Positions 18,643 to 27,896 are shown, counted from the stretch's first letter. The stretch is DNA of 40,000 bases from Halococcus morrhuae DSM 1307 (GCF_052043925.1 NZ_CM125063.1:2849604-2889603); one strand, 5' to 3'. Notes: generated by a model from the sequence alone, not told the origin. Translations and numbers: made by a program.

Positions 18643-20202
18643 GTGTCACAAGCAGTTGACTCTGAGCAACCGGAAATCTCGGTCGAGGCGGAGTGGAATC
18701 GGTTCTACATCGATGGCGAGTGGACAGCCAACAACCGCGACGCGATTACAGTAGAGAACCCGGCGACGGAGACCGCGTTCGCAGAGGTTCCACGCGGGAC
18801 TGAAGAAGACATCAATGAAGCCTACGAGGCTGCCACGGCTGCACAGCCGGAATGGGCAGCGCAGTCGCCAGCCGAACGTGCCGAAGTCGTCTCGCAGGCT
18901 GTGTCGCTCCTACGCGAACACCGCGAGGACATCCTCGAACTGCTGGCCGTCGAATCCGGATCCAGTAAGATAAAAGGCAGTATCGAATTCCAGAGCGCGG
19001 CCGGAATCACCCAAGAGGCCGCGAGCTTTCCGACACGGATTTCGGGCGATCATCGCGCGTCGAATATCGAGGGCAAGGAGAACCTCGTCAAACGCGAACC
19101 CGTCGGCGTGGTCGGCGTCATCTCGCCGTGGAATTTCCCGCTCCATCTCTCGATTCGAGCGGTTGCCCCGGCGCTTGCAACCGGTAATTCCGTCGTGCTC
19201 AAGCCCGCTTCGGATACGCCAATCACTGGCGGCCTCCTCATCGCGCGAATCTTCGAGGCCGCCGGACTGCCCGATGGACTTCTCAACGTCGTCACTGGGA
19301 GCGGGTCGGAGATCGGCGACCGGATGGCGAGTCATCCGGCATCGTCGGCCATCGCCTTCACCGGATCGACCGGCGTTGGGACGGAAGTCGCAAAGAACGC
19401 AGTCGATCATCAGGCGTATCCGGCGATGGAGCTGGGTGGAAACGGCCCACACGTCGTTTTGGACGACGCTGCTGTGGACGACGCAGTCGATGCCGGCGCA
19501 TTCGGAACCTTCCTCCATCAGGGCCAAATCTGTATCTCCATCAATCGCCATCTGGTCCACGAATCGCTCTACGACGAATACGTCGAACGACTCACTGAGA
19601 AGGCGAAATCCCTCCCCGTTGGCGACCCCGCAACCGAAGAGACGGTCATCGGGCCGATCATCAACGAGAGCCAGCGTGACCAGATGCTCGAATATGTCGA
19701 GGAGACGGTCGATGCAGGGGCGACGCTCGAAACCGGTGGTGCGGCCGTCTCGGCCGCTGATGTCGAAGGGACGACTGTTTCGGCCGGCGATCTCAGTAGT
19801 GACAGTTCGCTTGGCGATTCGAACGGTCTCTTCGTCCTTCCGACGGTACTTTCGGATGCAACGAACGAAATGGCTGCTGCTTGTAACGAGCACTTCGGAC
19901 CCATCGCACCCGTGATCCCGTTTGGGGATGACGAGGAAGCAATCGAACTGGCGAACGATACGGAGTTCGGTCTTTCGTCGTCGGTGTACGGCGATATAGC
20001 TCATGCCGAACGAGTTGCAGATCACATCGAAGCTGGAATGGTTCACGTCAACGACCAGTCGGTGAACGACGAACCGCACGTTCCGTTCGGCGGCTACAAA
20101 GGCTCAGGAATCGGCCGGTTCAACGGTGAATACATTCTCGAAGAATTTACCCAGCCGAAATGGGTTTCCGTTCAGCGCGATCCGCGCGATTACCCGTTCT
20201 GA
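18643..20202 (+). CDS. NAD(P)-dependent aldehyde dehydrogenase
   Basis: 519 aa with a GTG start. ALDH blocks present: VVGVISPWNFPL, FTGSTGVG, the Glu site MELGGNGP, the Cys site QGQICISINR, and EHFGP..PVIPF. GC is visibly lower than in the flanking core. Confidence 0.9.
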   Translation: MSQAVDSEQPEISVEAEWNRFYIDGEWTANNRDAITVENPATETAFAEVPRGTEEDINEAYEAATAAQPEWAAQSPAERAEVVSQAVSLLREHREDILELLAVESGSSKIKGSIEFQSAAGITQEAASFPTRISGDHRASNIEGKENLVKREPVGVVGVISPWNFPLHLSIRAVAPALATGNSVVLKPASDTPITGGLLIARIFEAAGLPDGLLNVVTGSGSEIGDRMASHPASSAIAFTGSTGVGTEVAKNAVDHQAYPAMELGGNGPHVVLDDAAVDDAVDAGAFGTFLHQGQICISINRHLVHESLYDEYVERLTEKAKSLPVGDPATEETVIGPIINESQRDQMLEYVEETVDAGATLETGGAAVSAADVEGTTVSAGDLSSDSSLGDSNGLFVLPTVLSDATNEMAAACNEHFGPIAPVIPFGDDEEAIELANDTEFGLSSSVYGDIAHAERVADHIEAGMVHVNDQSVNDEPHVPFGGYKGSGIGRFNGEYILEEFTQPKWVSVQRDPRDYPF

Positions 20203-20294
20203 ATCGAGGGCTTTGTCGAAATCTCGACCCAGAGATTCGGAGATGGTCACAGAGCGACACGGCTGATCCGATTTTTCACGGCGTTTGGGGCATC

Positions 20295-21925
20295 GTAGTT
20301 GGATAGCGACTTGACGACAGAACGATTTCGTAGCTGACTCATTCACTGAGTTCCAACGGCAGAGCAAGCGTGTCACTCAAATTTGGTGGATCGCCAAATC
20401 TCTCGGATTTGGCGATTCCTGCCGCCAACGATTCATCACTTCGACTCCAGCTCATCTCTGCTCGCTCCGAGAATCTCCGTCTCCGTCTGCAAAATACGGT
20501 ACTGGAACAGCAAAACACCTACCTCAGAAATCGGCTCCGACACTACGAAAACTCGAACACACCACCCAGCCAGGAAGGAGGCGCAGGAGCGCCTCCTGAC
20601 GATGAATCGCCATCAACCGATGACGATGACGATGAGGAATCCGAGACGGATGACGACGACAGCGAGGACGAACATGGTGACCGAACCGAAGACGAAAGTG
20701 CTGGCGGCGACTCCGACGCCGCCAGCGACTCCTCGCCTGGTCGCAGTCCTGGCCATGAAGGAACAACTCGACCACCGCCTGACCCAGACGAAACCGTCTG
20801 GGTCGAGAACGGCTATTGTTCGGACTGTGATTGCATCCTCACCGATCCGGATAGCTATATCTCTCAGACGGTCGTTGAAACGCCTCATCCTGTGCCACTT
20901 ACCGTCATCAAGTACAAACGAGGCCAACACCACTGCTCGTGTGGAAACGAGATTCTCGCCGAGCATCCTGATTGTCCCCAGACCGGGCGGTTTGGGCCGA
21001 ACGTTCTGGCCCAAACCGCTCTCCGCAGGTTTCGTCAGCGAGTGCCCAACCGCAGGCAGGCGGAAGTCTTCGACTGGCAATTAGACCACCCAGTCTCGCA
21101 CAGAACGGTCTACAACCTGACCAAGCGGGTCGCAGACCGGCTGCGACCCGCATACGAGGACGTGAAGGCCAAGATCCGAGAGAGCGACGTGGTCTACTGC
21201 GATGAAACCGGCTTGTCGGTTGATGGGGATCAGCACTGGACGTGGACGTTCGTGACCGACGAGGAGGTTCTGTACACGATCGATGAAAGCCGTGGCAGTC
21301 AGGTGTTAGAGGAGGTCCTCGGCGAAGAATTCGCCGAGGACGCGACGTTGAGCTGTGACGGCTGGCCAGCGTATCGAACGTACCACACGAAACTCCAGCG
21401 GTGCTGGGCGCATCTACTACGAGAGGCGGAGTTCGTTGCGGAGCGATACAGGGAAGCTGAGGCGTTATCCGACGAGTTACACGAACTGCATGAGGATTTG
21501 ACGGCGTTCGATGCGGAGGACCCGCCTGCCTCCGCTCGTGAGCGGAGGCGGGCGGATGCGTCGTTACATCTGGAGGGGCTACTCAGGGAGGATTACCAAG
21601 CGAAGGAAGTGCAGGATTTGGTGGGGAAGATCAGGAACGGGTTGGGGAGCTGGCTGACATTCGTGACGGAGCCGGACGTCGATTCGACGAACAATCGCGC
21701 AGAGCGCGCTCTGCGCGAACAGGTGATGCTGCGGAAGATGTTCCGGAGTCTCCGATCAGCCGAAGGAGTCCGTATCCACGAGACGATTACGACGATGTTA
21801 GCGACATGGGAGCGGCGTGGTCTTGATCCGCCCGAACAGCTACGATCAATGCTCGGTGGTCGGGATCTTGAGGCACGATCAGAGACATCTTGATCCGTGA
21901 GTGACCAGTCCCGCTATCCAACTAC
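20295..21925 (+). mobile_element. IS66-family insertion sequence, single-ORF (ISBst12-like) type, 1631 bp, intact
   Basis: Perfect 14-bp terminal inverted repeats: GTAGTTGGATAGCG at 20295-20308 and its complement at 21912-21925. The element is flanked by the 8-bp direct repeat GGGGCATC (20287-20294 and 21926-21933). Confidence 0.85.
20370..21893 (+). CDS. IS66-family transposase
   Basis: 507 aa. An N-terminal leucine-zipper-like region and an acidic tract are followed by Cys clusters (CSDCDC...HHCSCGNE). It also has YCDETGLSVDG..HWTWTF and CWAHLLREAEF, typical of IS66 TnpC. Confidence 0.85.
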   Translation: MSLKFGGSPNLSDLAIPAANDSSLRLQLISARSENLRLRLQNTVLEQQNTYLRNRLRHYENSNTPPSQEGGAGAPPDDESPSTDDDDDEESETDDDDSEDEHGDRTEDESAGGDSDAASDSSPGRSPGHEGTTRPPPDPDETVWVENGYCSDCDCILTDPDSYISQTVVETPHPVPLTVIKYKRGQHHCSCGNEILAEHPDCPQTGRFGPNVLAQTALRRFRQRVPNRRQAEVFDWQLDHPVSHRTVYNLTKRVADRLRPAYEDVKAKIRESDVVYCDETGLSVDGDQHWTWTFVTDEEVLYTIDESRGSQVLEEVLGEEFAEDATLSCDGWPAYRTYHTKLQRCWAHLLREAEFVAERYREAEALSDELHELHEDLTAFDAEDPPASARERRRADASLHLEGLLREDYQAKEVQDLVGKIRNGLGSWLTFVTEPDVDSTNNRAERALREQVMLRKMFRSLRSAEGVRIHETITTMLATWERRGLDPPEQLRSMLGGRDLEARSETS

Positions 21926-22013
21926 GGGGCATCTATCTTCCGGTACGAGAGATGGCGTGTTAGTCATTCATTAAAACCCCATCTGACTGATTTTGGATGG
22001 AGTAGTAACCTGT

Positions 22014-23123
22014 TCAGTCGTCGCTGTCGGCAGTTGCTTCGGTGTCAGAGTCGTGGATCTGTGTTGTCTCACTATCGACGTTGATGCCTTCCCAGTCGTG
22101 ATCAGCGTGGAATCCTTCGCGCTCTTTCGCACTGTGGGCGACACGAATGAACTCCGCGTTGTCACGGGCTTCGGATATGGTATGGCCACCACAGTAGGAG
22201 AGGCCAGAACGAATGCCGGCGCAGAATTCCTCGGCCACGGTAGTGACCGACCCCTTGTACGGAGTCAATGCCTCGACCCCTTCGTCGGCGCTGACGTTGT
22301 TCTGCTTGTCCTCACGGTCCTCGGCCGCTGCAGTGGTTGCCATCCCTCGTGATCGCTTGTACTGGGCCCCTTCAACTTCGACGACCGCACCAGGCGCTTC
22401 TTCGGTGCCGGCAAAGAGGCTCCCAAGCATCACGGTATCGGCCCCGGCCATGAGAGCCTTCACTGCATCACCGGACGTTCGAATCCCACCATCAGCGCAG
22501 ATAGTAACACCGAGATCATCAGCCACTGTTGCACAATCATCGACGGCAGTCAATTGGGGAACGCCGGCACCAGCGACCTTCCGGGTAGTGCAGTGGGATC
22601 CGGGCCCGATACCGACTTTGACACAATCGGCCCCGGCAGCCGCGAGGTCTTCGACGCCTGCAGGCGTCGCGACGTTGCCGGCAACGAGGTCGGTGCCAGG
22701 AAACTCCTCAGCGAGGGTCTCGACAGCGTCGAGCGTTCGGTCGAGGTGGCCGTGGGCCACGTCGACGACGAGTGCATCAACACCGGCCTCGATCACGGCA
22801 GCGCTCCGTGCGACGTAATCCTCGTTGATGCCGACTGCTGCGCCTACCTGTTCGTCCGTTGCCTTGACCTGTTTGACCTCTGCGGCTTGTTCTTCGGGAG
22901 AAAGGAATCGGTGCAGAACCCCAAGGCCTCCTGAACGAGCAAGCTCGACGGCTAGATCTGCTTCCGTGACGGTGTCCATCGCGGCGGAGACGAGCGGTGT
23001 GTCTAGTTTGACGGTCGGAGTAAGGGGCGTCGAGAGGTCGATGTCGCTCCGACTATCGACTGGTGACCGTTTCGGGACGAGAAGGACATCTCCATAACTC
23101 AAGCCAGTACGTAACTCGTTCAT
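22014..23123 (-). CDS. IMP dehydrogenase / GMP reductase family protein lacking the CBS subdomain
   Basis: 369 aa. LSYGDVLLVPKRS, SAAMDTVTE, the catalytic loop VKVGIGPGSHCTTR, ADGGIR and GSLFAG are all present. There is no CBS pair insertion, and the C-terminal tail is acidic. Confidence 0.85.
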   Translation of the reverse strand: MNELRTGLSYGDVLLVPKRSPVDSRSDIDLSTPLTPTVKLDTPLVSAAMDTVTEADLAVELARSGGLGVLHRFLSPEEQAAEVKQVKATDEQVGAAVGINEDYVARSAAVIEAGVDALVVDVAHGHLDRTLDAVETLAEEFPGTDLVAGNVATPAGVEDLAAAGADCVKVGIGPGSHCTTRKVAGAGVPQLTAVDDCATVADDLGVTICADGGIRTSGDAVKALMAGADTVMLGSLFAGTEEAPGAVVEVEGAQYKRSRGMATTAAAEDREDKQNNVSADEGVEALTPYKGSVTTVAEEFCAGIRSGLSYCGGHTISEARDNAEFIRVAHSAKEREGFHADHDWEGINVDSETTQIHDSDTEATADSDD

Positions 23124-23319
23124 ATCCTCGATGAGAGAGATATTCCTACCGGAAAAGCATCTCGAATCGCCGGTACCCTGCTCGTCTCTGCGGATACAGC
23201 TCTACTCGTGTGCTCTCTCAGGAGAATCCCACTCCAGCATACTCATCTCTCGGTGGATAAATACTCAGTCGATTATAACGTAGCCGGATGGTCGGAATAC
23301 CGATTTCGTCAAATCACCG

Positions 23320-23725
23320 CTATTCATGCCACCATTTCATCAACCAACCGGACTCGTCCCGATGAGGAGGCGGTATCATGAATTTCGGGCGGTTGAATGC
23401 ATTGATTATCAGTGTTAATACCATCAGAAAAACAGCCAAAAGCACCACCAGTCCGAAGAATTGCTCTAGCAAAAGGGGAAGAACGAATCCGAATTCCGGC
23501 AATATAATCCAAATTGGAGCAATCATGAAAAAGCAAACAACCGAATGCTACAAACGTCGGGTAGTTACGCGCGTTTACAGAGATCTTATAGCCAGGACCC
23601 GTTGGAAGGGAAACGGTTTCTTTATCGCCTCGCCAGACGCTCGGAACAAGCCAACACCACCGAAGTATGATCACCGGGATCAATAGCATAGGGGACATCA
23701 CGGCAATCAGTTCCCAATCCACCAT
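23320..23725 (-). pseudogene. Small multi-pass membrane protein gene split by a frameshift at an A5/T5 run
   Basis: The N-terminal 66 codons of the 133-aa ORF (MVDWELIAVMSPMLLIPVIILRWCWLV...YPTFVAFGCLLF) are hydrophobic. The hydrophobic character continues only in the other frame, the 68-aa ORF (FFMIAPIWIILPEFGFVLPLLLEQFFGLVVLLAVFLMVLTLIINAF...). The frame switch sits at the run at 23528-23532. Confidence 0.4.
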
Positions 23726-23894
23726 GTCTGTACGTGCCTGTCTCGTTCATGGTTAATTTATGCTTCGGTTGCGGTAGTACCACGATCTCTTAGAATACGT
23801 ATAAATTGTGTCCCACCTTCGTGAGTGTCGGGGTTGGCCTACAATAATTCCCCCCCCCCATAGCAGAAACACTTAATTTAGACGAGGTAGATTC

Positions 23895-24170
23895 TTAGTA
23901 CTGATCCTGCACAATGTCTGACTTCACCTGGGTGCAATTCACAATCGGTATGGCATTATCGGGATATTCAGCTACGACCTCACACGGTCCTCTGACTCTC
24001 TCAGAAGGGTGAGCAATGTCGTGGGTATCGTTGCGATTCTTCTCACTATTGTCGATGTTGCCACAGCGCACAACGTCGGATTGGTATCCACTGTAGCACT
24101 CGTGATGGCGCTTACAGATCACGTCATTGCACGGGGCAAAGAAGATCAGTCTACAATCTGAGGATACCAA
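23895..24170 (-). CDS. Hypothetical Cys-rich small protein (doubtful)
   Basis: A 91-aa ORF with only a TTG start, in AT-rich DNA. It has 7 Cys residues and no recognisable motif. Confidence 0.15.
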   Translation of the reverse strand: MVSSDCRLIFFAPCNDVICKRHHECYSGYQSDVVRCGNIDNSEKNRNDTHDIAHPSERVRGPCEVVAEYPDNAIPIVNCTQVKSDIVQDQY

Positions 24171-24277
24171 CCAACATTCTCATCCCGCTAGCCCCAACAG
24201 CCTATTCGGGACCGTGAGGGACCGCGCAGCAAGTGGCTGGGTGCGTGTAGAGTGTAGTATTAAGATCCAGGGTGGTC

Positions 24278-25209
24278 TGCTGTGTTGAATAGGGGTACGG
24301 CGCGGTGATCACAGTTTCTCACAGACTTGTTCGATGTTCGAGATAGCGAACATCAGGACGATCTCGCGGAATTCACGGTACCAGAATTGCGCTCGCACGG
24401 CGGAGCCGAGCGAGCGCTTCGTCGTCGAGTACGAAGTCTCGGACATCCACCGCTGAGAGTACCCAGCGTCCCGGATTAGCGCGTTATGACCTATTGTCTC
24501 CAGTGATGATCCCCGTTCGAGAACAAGCGGATCAACGTCGAGCGTGTAGAATTCGAACTTACTCATCCAGTCGTGAAATCCCTTGTCGGCGGCGACTGAG
24601 AGCAGGTCGTCGGCGTTCCGCCGGACGACCTGCGGCCCGAGTTTCGTATCGTGCTTCCACTCGACCGAGCACTGTAGATCCAATACAGCGAGCGACTCCG
24701 TATCGGTGAGCGTTGTGACTTTCAGTGTCTGTACGTCTCGATCCGCTCGCTGAAGGTAGTACGACGAGGCGTGACCACGCTCGAAGAACGTGCTGTCGAG
24801 AGCAGCGTGACCGGACTGCGGGAGTTGCTCCGCTGAAACGCGGAGCAACGCCCGCCAGATCGTCATATTGAATCGGTCGAACGACTTGTAGATCGTGGAG
24901 AAGTCCGGGACGTCGTTGAGATCGAGCTCAAGAATCTCGCGGAGCTCGCTGAAACAGCGGAGACGGTTTTCCGTTTCGCGGTAGCTGTGGTCGTCTTCGA
25001 GCCGATACCCGTGAATGACGAGGTGCTTCCAGCGGGCAAGCCCACCTTCGGCGGGCTTGCCCGCGTTGGTCCCCAACGCTTGTATGGCAAGCCGCTTACA
25101 GTCTCTCAGGAAGTCGAGGAGATCCACTTCGGCCATATCGGCCTTCCTCGGCTTCATCCTTACCGATGTGACGGTCTATCCCGCCGCCGTACCCCTATTC
25201 AACACAGCA
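24278..25209 (-). mobile_element. IS5-family (ISH1-subgroup-like) insertion sequence, copy 1, 932 bp
   Basis: Roughly 25-bp perfect terminal inverted repeats: TGCTGTGTTGAATAGGGGTACGGCG at 24278- and its complement ending at 25209. The element is flanked by the 8-bp direct repeat GGGTGGTC (24270-24277 and 25210-25217). Confidence 0.85.
24309..25157 (-). CDS. IS4/IS5-superfamily DDE transposase
   Basis: 282 aa. It carries the Y(2)R(3)E(6)K signature YSQRWMSETSYSTTKR and the DDE-region blocks (ALDSTFF..., ADKGFHDW). Confidence 0.9.
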   Translation of the reverse strand: MKPRKADMAEVDLLDFLRDCKRLAIQALGTNAGKPAEGGLARWKHLVIHGYRLEDDHSYRETENRLRCFSELREILELDLNDVPDFSTIYKSFDRFNMTIWRALLRVSAEQLPQSGHAALDSTFFERGHASSYYLQRADRDVQTLKVTTLTDTESLAVLDLQCSVEWKHDTKLGPQVVRRNADDLLSVAADKGFHDWMSKFEFYTLDVDPLVLERGSSLETIGHNALIRDAGYSQRWMSETSYSTTKRSLGSAVRAQFWYREFREIVLMFAISNIEQVCEKL

Positions 25210-25501
25210 GGGTGGTCTGTACTGTAGTCCGCCAATGAGGCTGGTGGAACGTGTACGAACTATCTAACGTTCATCTTGGCGGCTGTACTGACGAGAGCAC
25301 CAATCAAAGGATCACCTGCACCGACCAAGAGATTCGCCACATCAACGCAGAGTGACTCGTCCAGTGCTCATCCAGAGCGATCAAGCGAAGAGGAAGTAAG
25401 ACTGCCTATAGCAACGATCGCTGGCTACATAACGTTCTGTGTCCCGCACGCCGATTTCAACCAGACAACGACCTGTTCTGTGAAATCATGAAGAGTAGTA
25501 G

Positions 25502-26155
25502 TTAATCCCTACAGAAGGACTCGATCAGACCCGGAAGCTGTGCCGCGAGCGCACCCCGTTCGACCGCCCCATCGGCCTCCGCGATCGGTTCGCCGTCGGT
25601 CACGTGCACCGTCCGGAGCCCGGCTTCGTTCGCGCCCGCGATGTCGATATCCGGATGGTCGCCGACGTAGACCGTTTCGTCGGCCCGCGTCGACAGCTCG
25701 TCGGTGACGGACCGGAACGCACGCTCGTCGGGTTTGCCGGCGTCGAGCGATCCGGTGACAACGACCACGTCGAACAGCTCCGTCCAGCCGAGCGCGTCGA
25801 GTTTCGATCGCTGTGCGCGCACCGGGCCGTCGGTGAGCAGTCCCACCCGATAGCTCTCCTGGAGATCGGCAACGAGCGTCTCGACGCCGTCGACCGGCAC
25901 GAGCGCGTCGCCGATGGCCTCGCGGTAGGCGTCGGCGAGCGCCGCGGGCGAGGGATCGTCCTCGTCGAGTAGCTCCGCGAAGATGGCTTCGCGCGTCTCG
26001 CTCGTGAGGTTTCGGCGGTGGGCGTCGAGATAGGTCTCGCGCGAGAGGCGAGGTGCACCGACCGCCGCGGTCGCCTCGTCGAGCAGCGTCTGGCGGTCGC
26101 GCTCGGGCACCGCGAGGGTGTAGTCGAGATCGAAAGCGACCGCCGAGACGGGCAT
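25502..26155 (-). CDS. HAD-superfamily hydrolase
   Basis: 217 aa from ATG 26155 (MPVSAVAFDLDYTLA...). Motif I is DLDYT, with GLLTDG, KPD, and motif IV YVGDHPDIDIAGA. Confidence 0.8.
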   Translation of the reverse strand: MPVSAVAFDLDYTLAVPERDRQTLLDEATAAVGAPRLSRETYLDAHRRNLTSETREAIFAELLDEDDPSPAALADAYREAIGDALVPVDGVETLVADLQESYRVGLLTDGPVRAQRSKLDALGWTELFDVVVVTGSLDAGKPDERAFRSVTDELSTRADETVYVGDHPDIDIAGANEAGLRTVHVTDGEPIAEADGAVERGALAAQLPGLIESFCRD

Positions 26156-26235
26156 GGTAGCGATAAACACTCCTCCGATATGAGTGTGGCGAGACGAACC
26201 CGAACGCCCTTGGTCGGTCGTCGACAGGCTGTGGC

Positions 26236-27027
26236 ATGTTCTTCGAGCGCCTCGCCGAACGGATCGACACCGTCGACAGCGTGCTCTCGGTCGGACTCGA
26301 TCCCGACCCCGATCGACTGCCCGACCACCTCCGCGAGCACGACCTGCCGCGCTGGGCGTTCAACCGGCGGATCATCGATGCCACTCACGACCACGCCGCC
26401 TGCTACAAGCCGAACGCCGCCTTCTACGAGGACTCGGACGGCTGGCGCGCACTCCGCGAAACGATCGCCTACGCCCACGGCAAGGACGTCCCGGTGTTGC
26501 TCGACGCCAAGCGTGCCGACATCGGCAACACCGCGCGCCAGTACGCGACCCTTTTGGACACGGCGGATGCCATCACCGTCAACCCCTATCTCGGCCGCGA
26601 CGCGCTCGAACCGTTCCTCTCGCGGGAGGAGAAGGGCGTGTTCATCCTCTGTCGCACCTCCAACCCCGGAGGAACCGATCTTCAGAACGCCGAGCTCGCC
26701 TCGGGGGAGGCGGTCTACGAGCATGTCGCCGGCCTCGCCGCCGACGAGTGGAACGAGTACGGAAATATCGGGCTGGTCGTCGGGGCCACGGCCCCCGAGG
26801 AACTGGAGGAAGTGCGCGAGCGCGCCCCCGATCTCCCGTTTCTCGTGCCTGGCGTGGGCGCACAGGGCGGTGACGCAGAAGCCGCCATCGAACACGGACT
26901 CGCGAGTGGCGTCGGGCTCGTGAACTCCTCGCGCGGCATCATCTTTGCCGGCGAGGGCGAGTCGTTCGCCGGGGCGGCCGGCGAGGCGGCGAAGCGACTG
27001 AAGCGACGACTGAACGAGTACCGATGA
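26236..27027 (+). CDS. pyrF: Orotidine 5'-phosphate decarboxylase (type 2)
   Basis: 263 aa. LSVGLDPDP, YKPNAAFYE and the catalytic LLDAKRADIGNTA motif are present. Confidence 0.9.
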   Translation: MFFERLAERIDTVDSVLSVGLDPDPDRLPDHLREHDLPRWAFNRRIIDATHDHAACYKPNAAFYEDSDGWRALRETIAYAHGKDVPVLLDAKRADIGNTARQYATLLDTADAITVNPYLGRDALEPFLSREEKGVFILCRTSNPGGTDLQNAELASGEAVYEHVAGLAADEWNEYGNIGLVVGATAPEELEEVRERAPDLPFLVPGVGAQGGDAEAAIEHGLASGVGLVNSSRGIIFAGEGESFAGAAGEAAKRLKRRLNEYR

Positions 27028-27028
27028 G

Positions 27029-27238
27029 TTAGAACCGTACGTTCTCGCCCGTATCATCCCGACCGGGACCCGTCGGTTCGTCGGAACCGGAACCGGAGCC
27101 TTTTGAACAGTCCAGACAGAGGCTGAACGAGTCGTCGTAGTGTTGCGAGCAGACCGTTCGGCCGCAGCGCTCGCAGGTGTAGTCGGCCGGACGGCTCTCA
27201 CAGATCTGACATAGTTCGGAGACGCTCATGAGAGCCAT
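27029..27238 (-). CDS. Small zinc-finger protein (HIT-like interleaved CxxC pattern)
   Basis: 69 aa. The pattern is CQIC-x8-CERC-x4-C-x2-H-x7-CLDC, followed by a Gly/Ser/acidic tail. Its stop lies 1 bp after the pyrF stop (convergent genes). Confidence 0.6.
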   Translation of the reverse strand: MALMSVSELCQICESRPADYTCERCGRTVCSQHYDDSFSLCLDCSKGSGSGSDEPTGPGRDDTGENVRF

Positions 27239-27301
27239 TCACCGTGCAGGGACTTCAAGCTGTGGCGAGGGGTTTAGGCCACTCGGCCCCCAACGACCGA
27301 C

Positions 27302-27793
27302 GTGCCCCGGTCGCAGCTCGTGCTCGCGCTCGCGTCGGTGTTCGCCGGGCTGACAGTCGTGCTCGCCGTGCTCGGGTTCGCCTACAGTCCGGTGGCACTC
27401 GTCGTCGCGTTGCCCTTCGGTGCGACGACCTACGCGCTCTGGTATCACGCGAGCGGGCGACTCCGCGAGCGCGCCCGACGCAACGTCCGCACCGGACGGC
27501 GAACGACGACAGAGCGCGGCGGGTTCGGCGCGGGACCGCGCGAGGACTGGACCGGTCCACGAGGCGGTGGCGGTGGATTCAGGGACACACGACAACGCCG
27601 TGCCACACGACGATCGACCGGTACGTCGATGCGCGACGCCTACCGGACACTGGGACTCGATCCCGATGCCGACGAGTCGGCGATCAAGCGGGCCTATCGC
27701 GAGAAGGTGAAGGAAACCCATCCGGACACCGAAGACGGCTCCGAACGCCGGTTCAAGCGCGTGAACGAGGCCTATGAACGCCTCTCCGAGTGA
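27302..27793 (+). CDS. Membrane-anchored J-domain (DnaJ-like) protein
   Basis: 163 aa with a GTG start. Two N-terminal hydrophobic helices and an Arg/Gly-rich linker precede a C-terminal J domain (DAYRTLGLDPDADESAIKRAYREKVKETHPD). Confidence 0.7.
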   Translation: MPRSQLVLALASVFAGLTVVLAVLGFAYSPVALVVALPFGATTYALWYHASGRLRERARRNVRTGRRTTTERGGFGAGPREDWTGPRGGGGGFRDTRQRRATRRSTGTSMRDAYRTLGLDPDADESAIKRAYREKVKETHPDTEDGSERRFKRVNEAYERLSE

Positions 27794-27896
27794 GTGACGT
27801 GGGCTGGTTCGGCTCGAACACAATTGTGATGTCCGTTGTAACGGGGCTGTATGCCGCGGCGGGAAGGTTTTTGCGCTCGACACGCTACTGATCGAC

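Noticed and set aside
23378-23686. 102-aa plus-strand ORF
   Set aside because: It is antisense to the hydrophobic membrane-protein frames and has a basic, low-complexity composition.
25276-25491. 71-aa ORF with a TTG start between IS copy 1 and the HAD gene
   Set aside because: It has no ATG or GTG start, is Ser/Thr-rich with no motif, and has no recognisable ribosome-binding or promoter context.
25600-27201. 533-aa ORF on the minus strand overlapping the HAD gene region and pyrF
   Set aside because: It is Arg/Ser/Pro/Thr-rich with a non-acidic composition, and it is antisense or out of frame to two well-supported genes. This is a typical shadow ORF of high-GC DNA.
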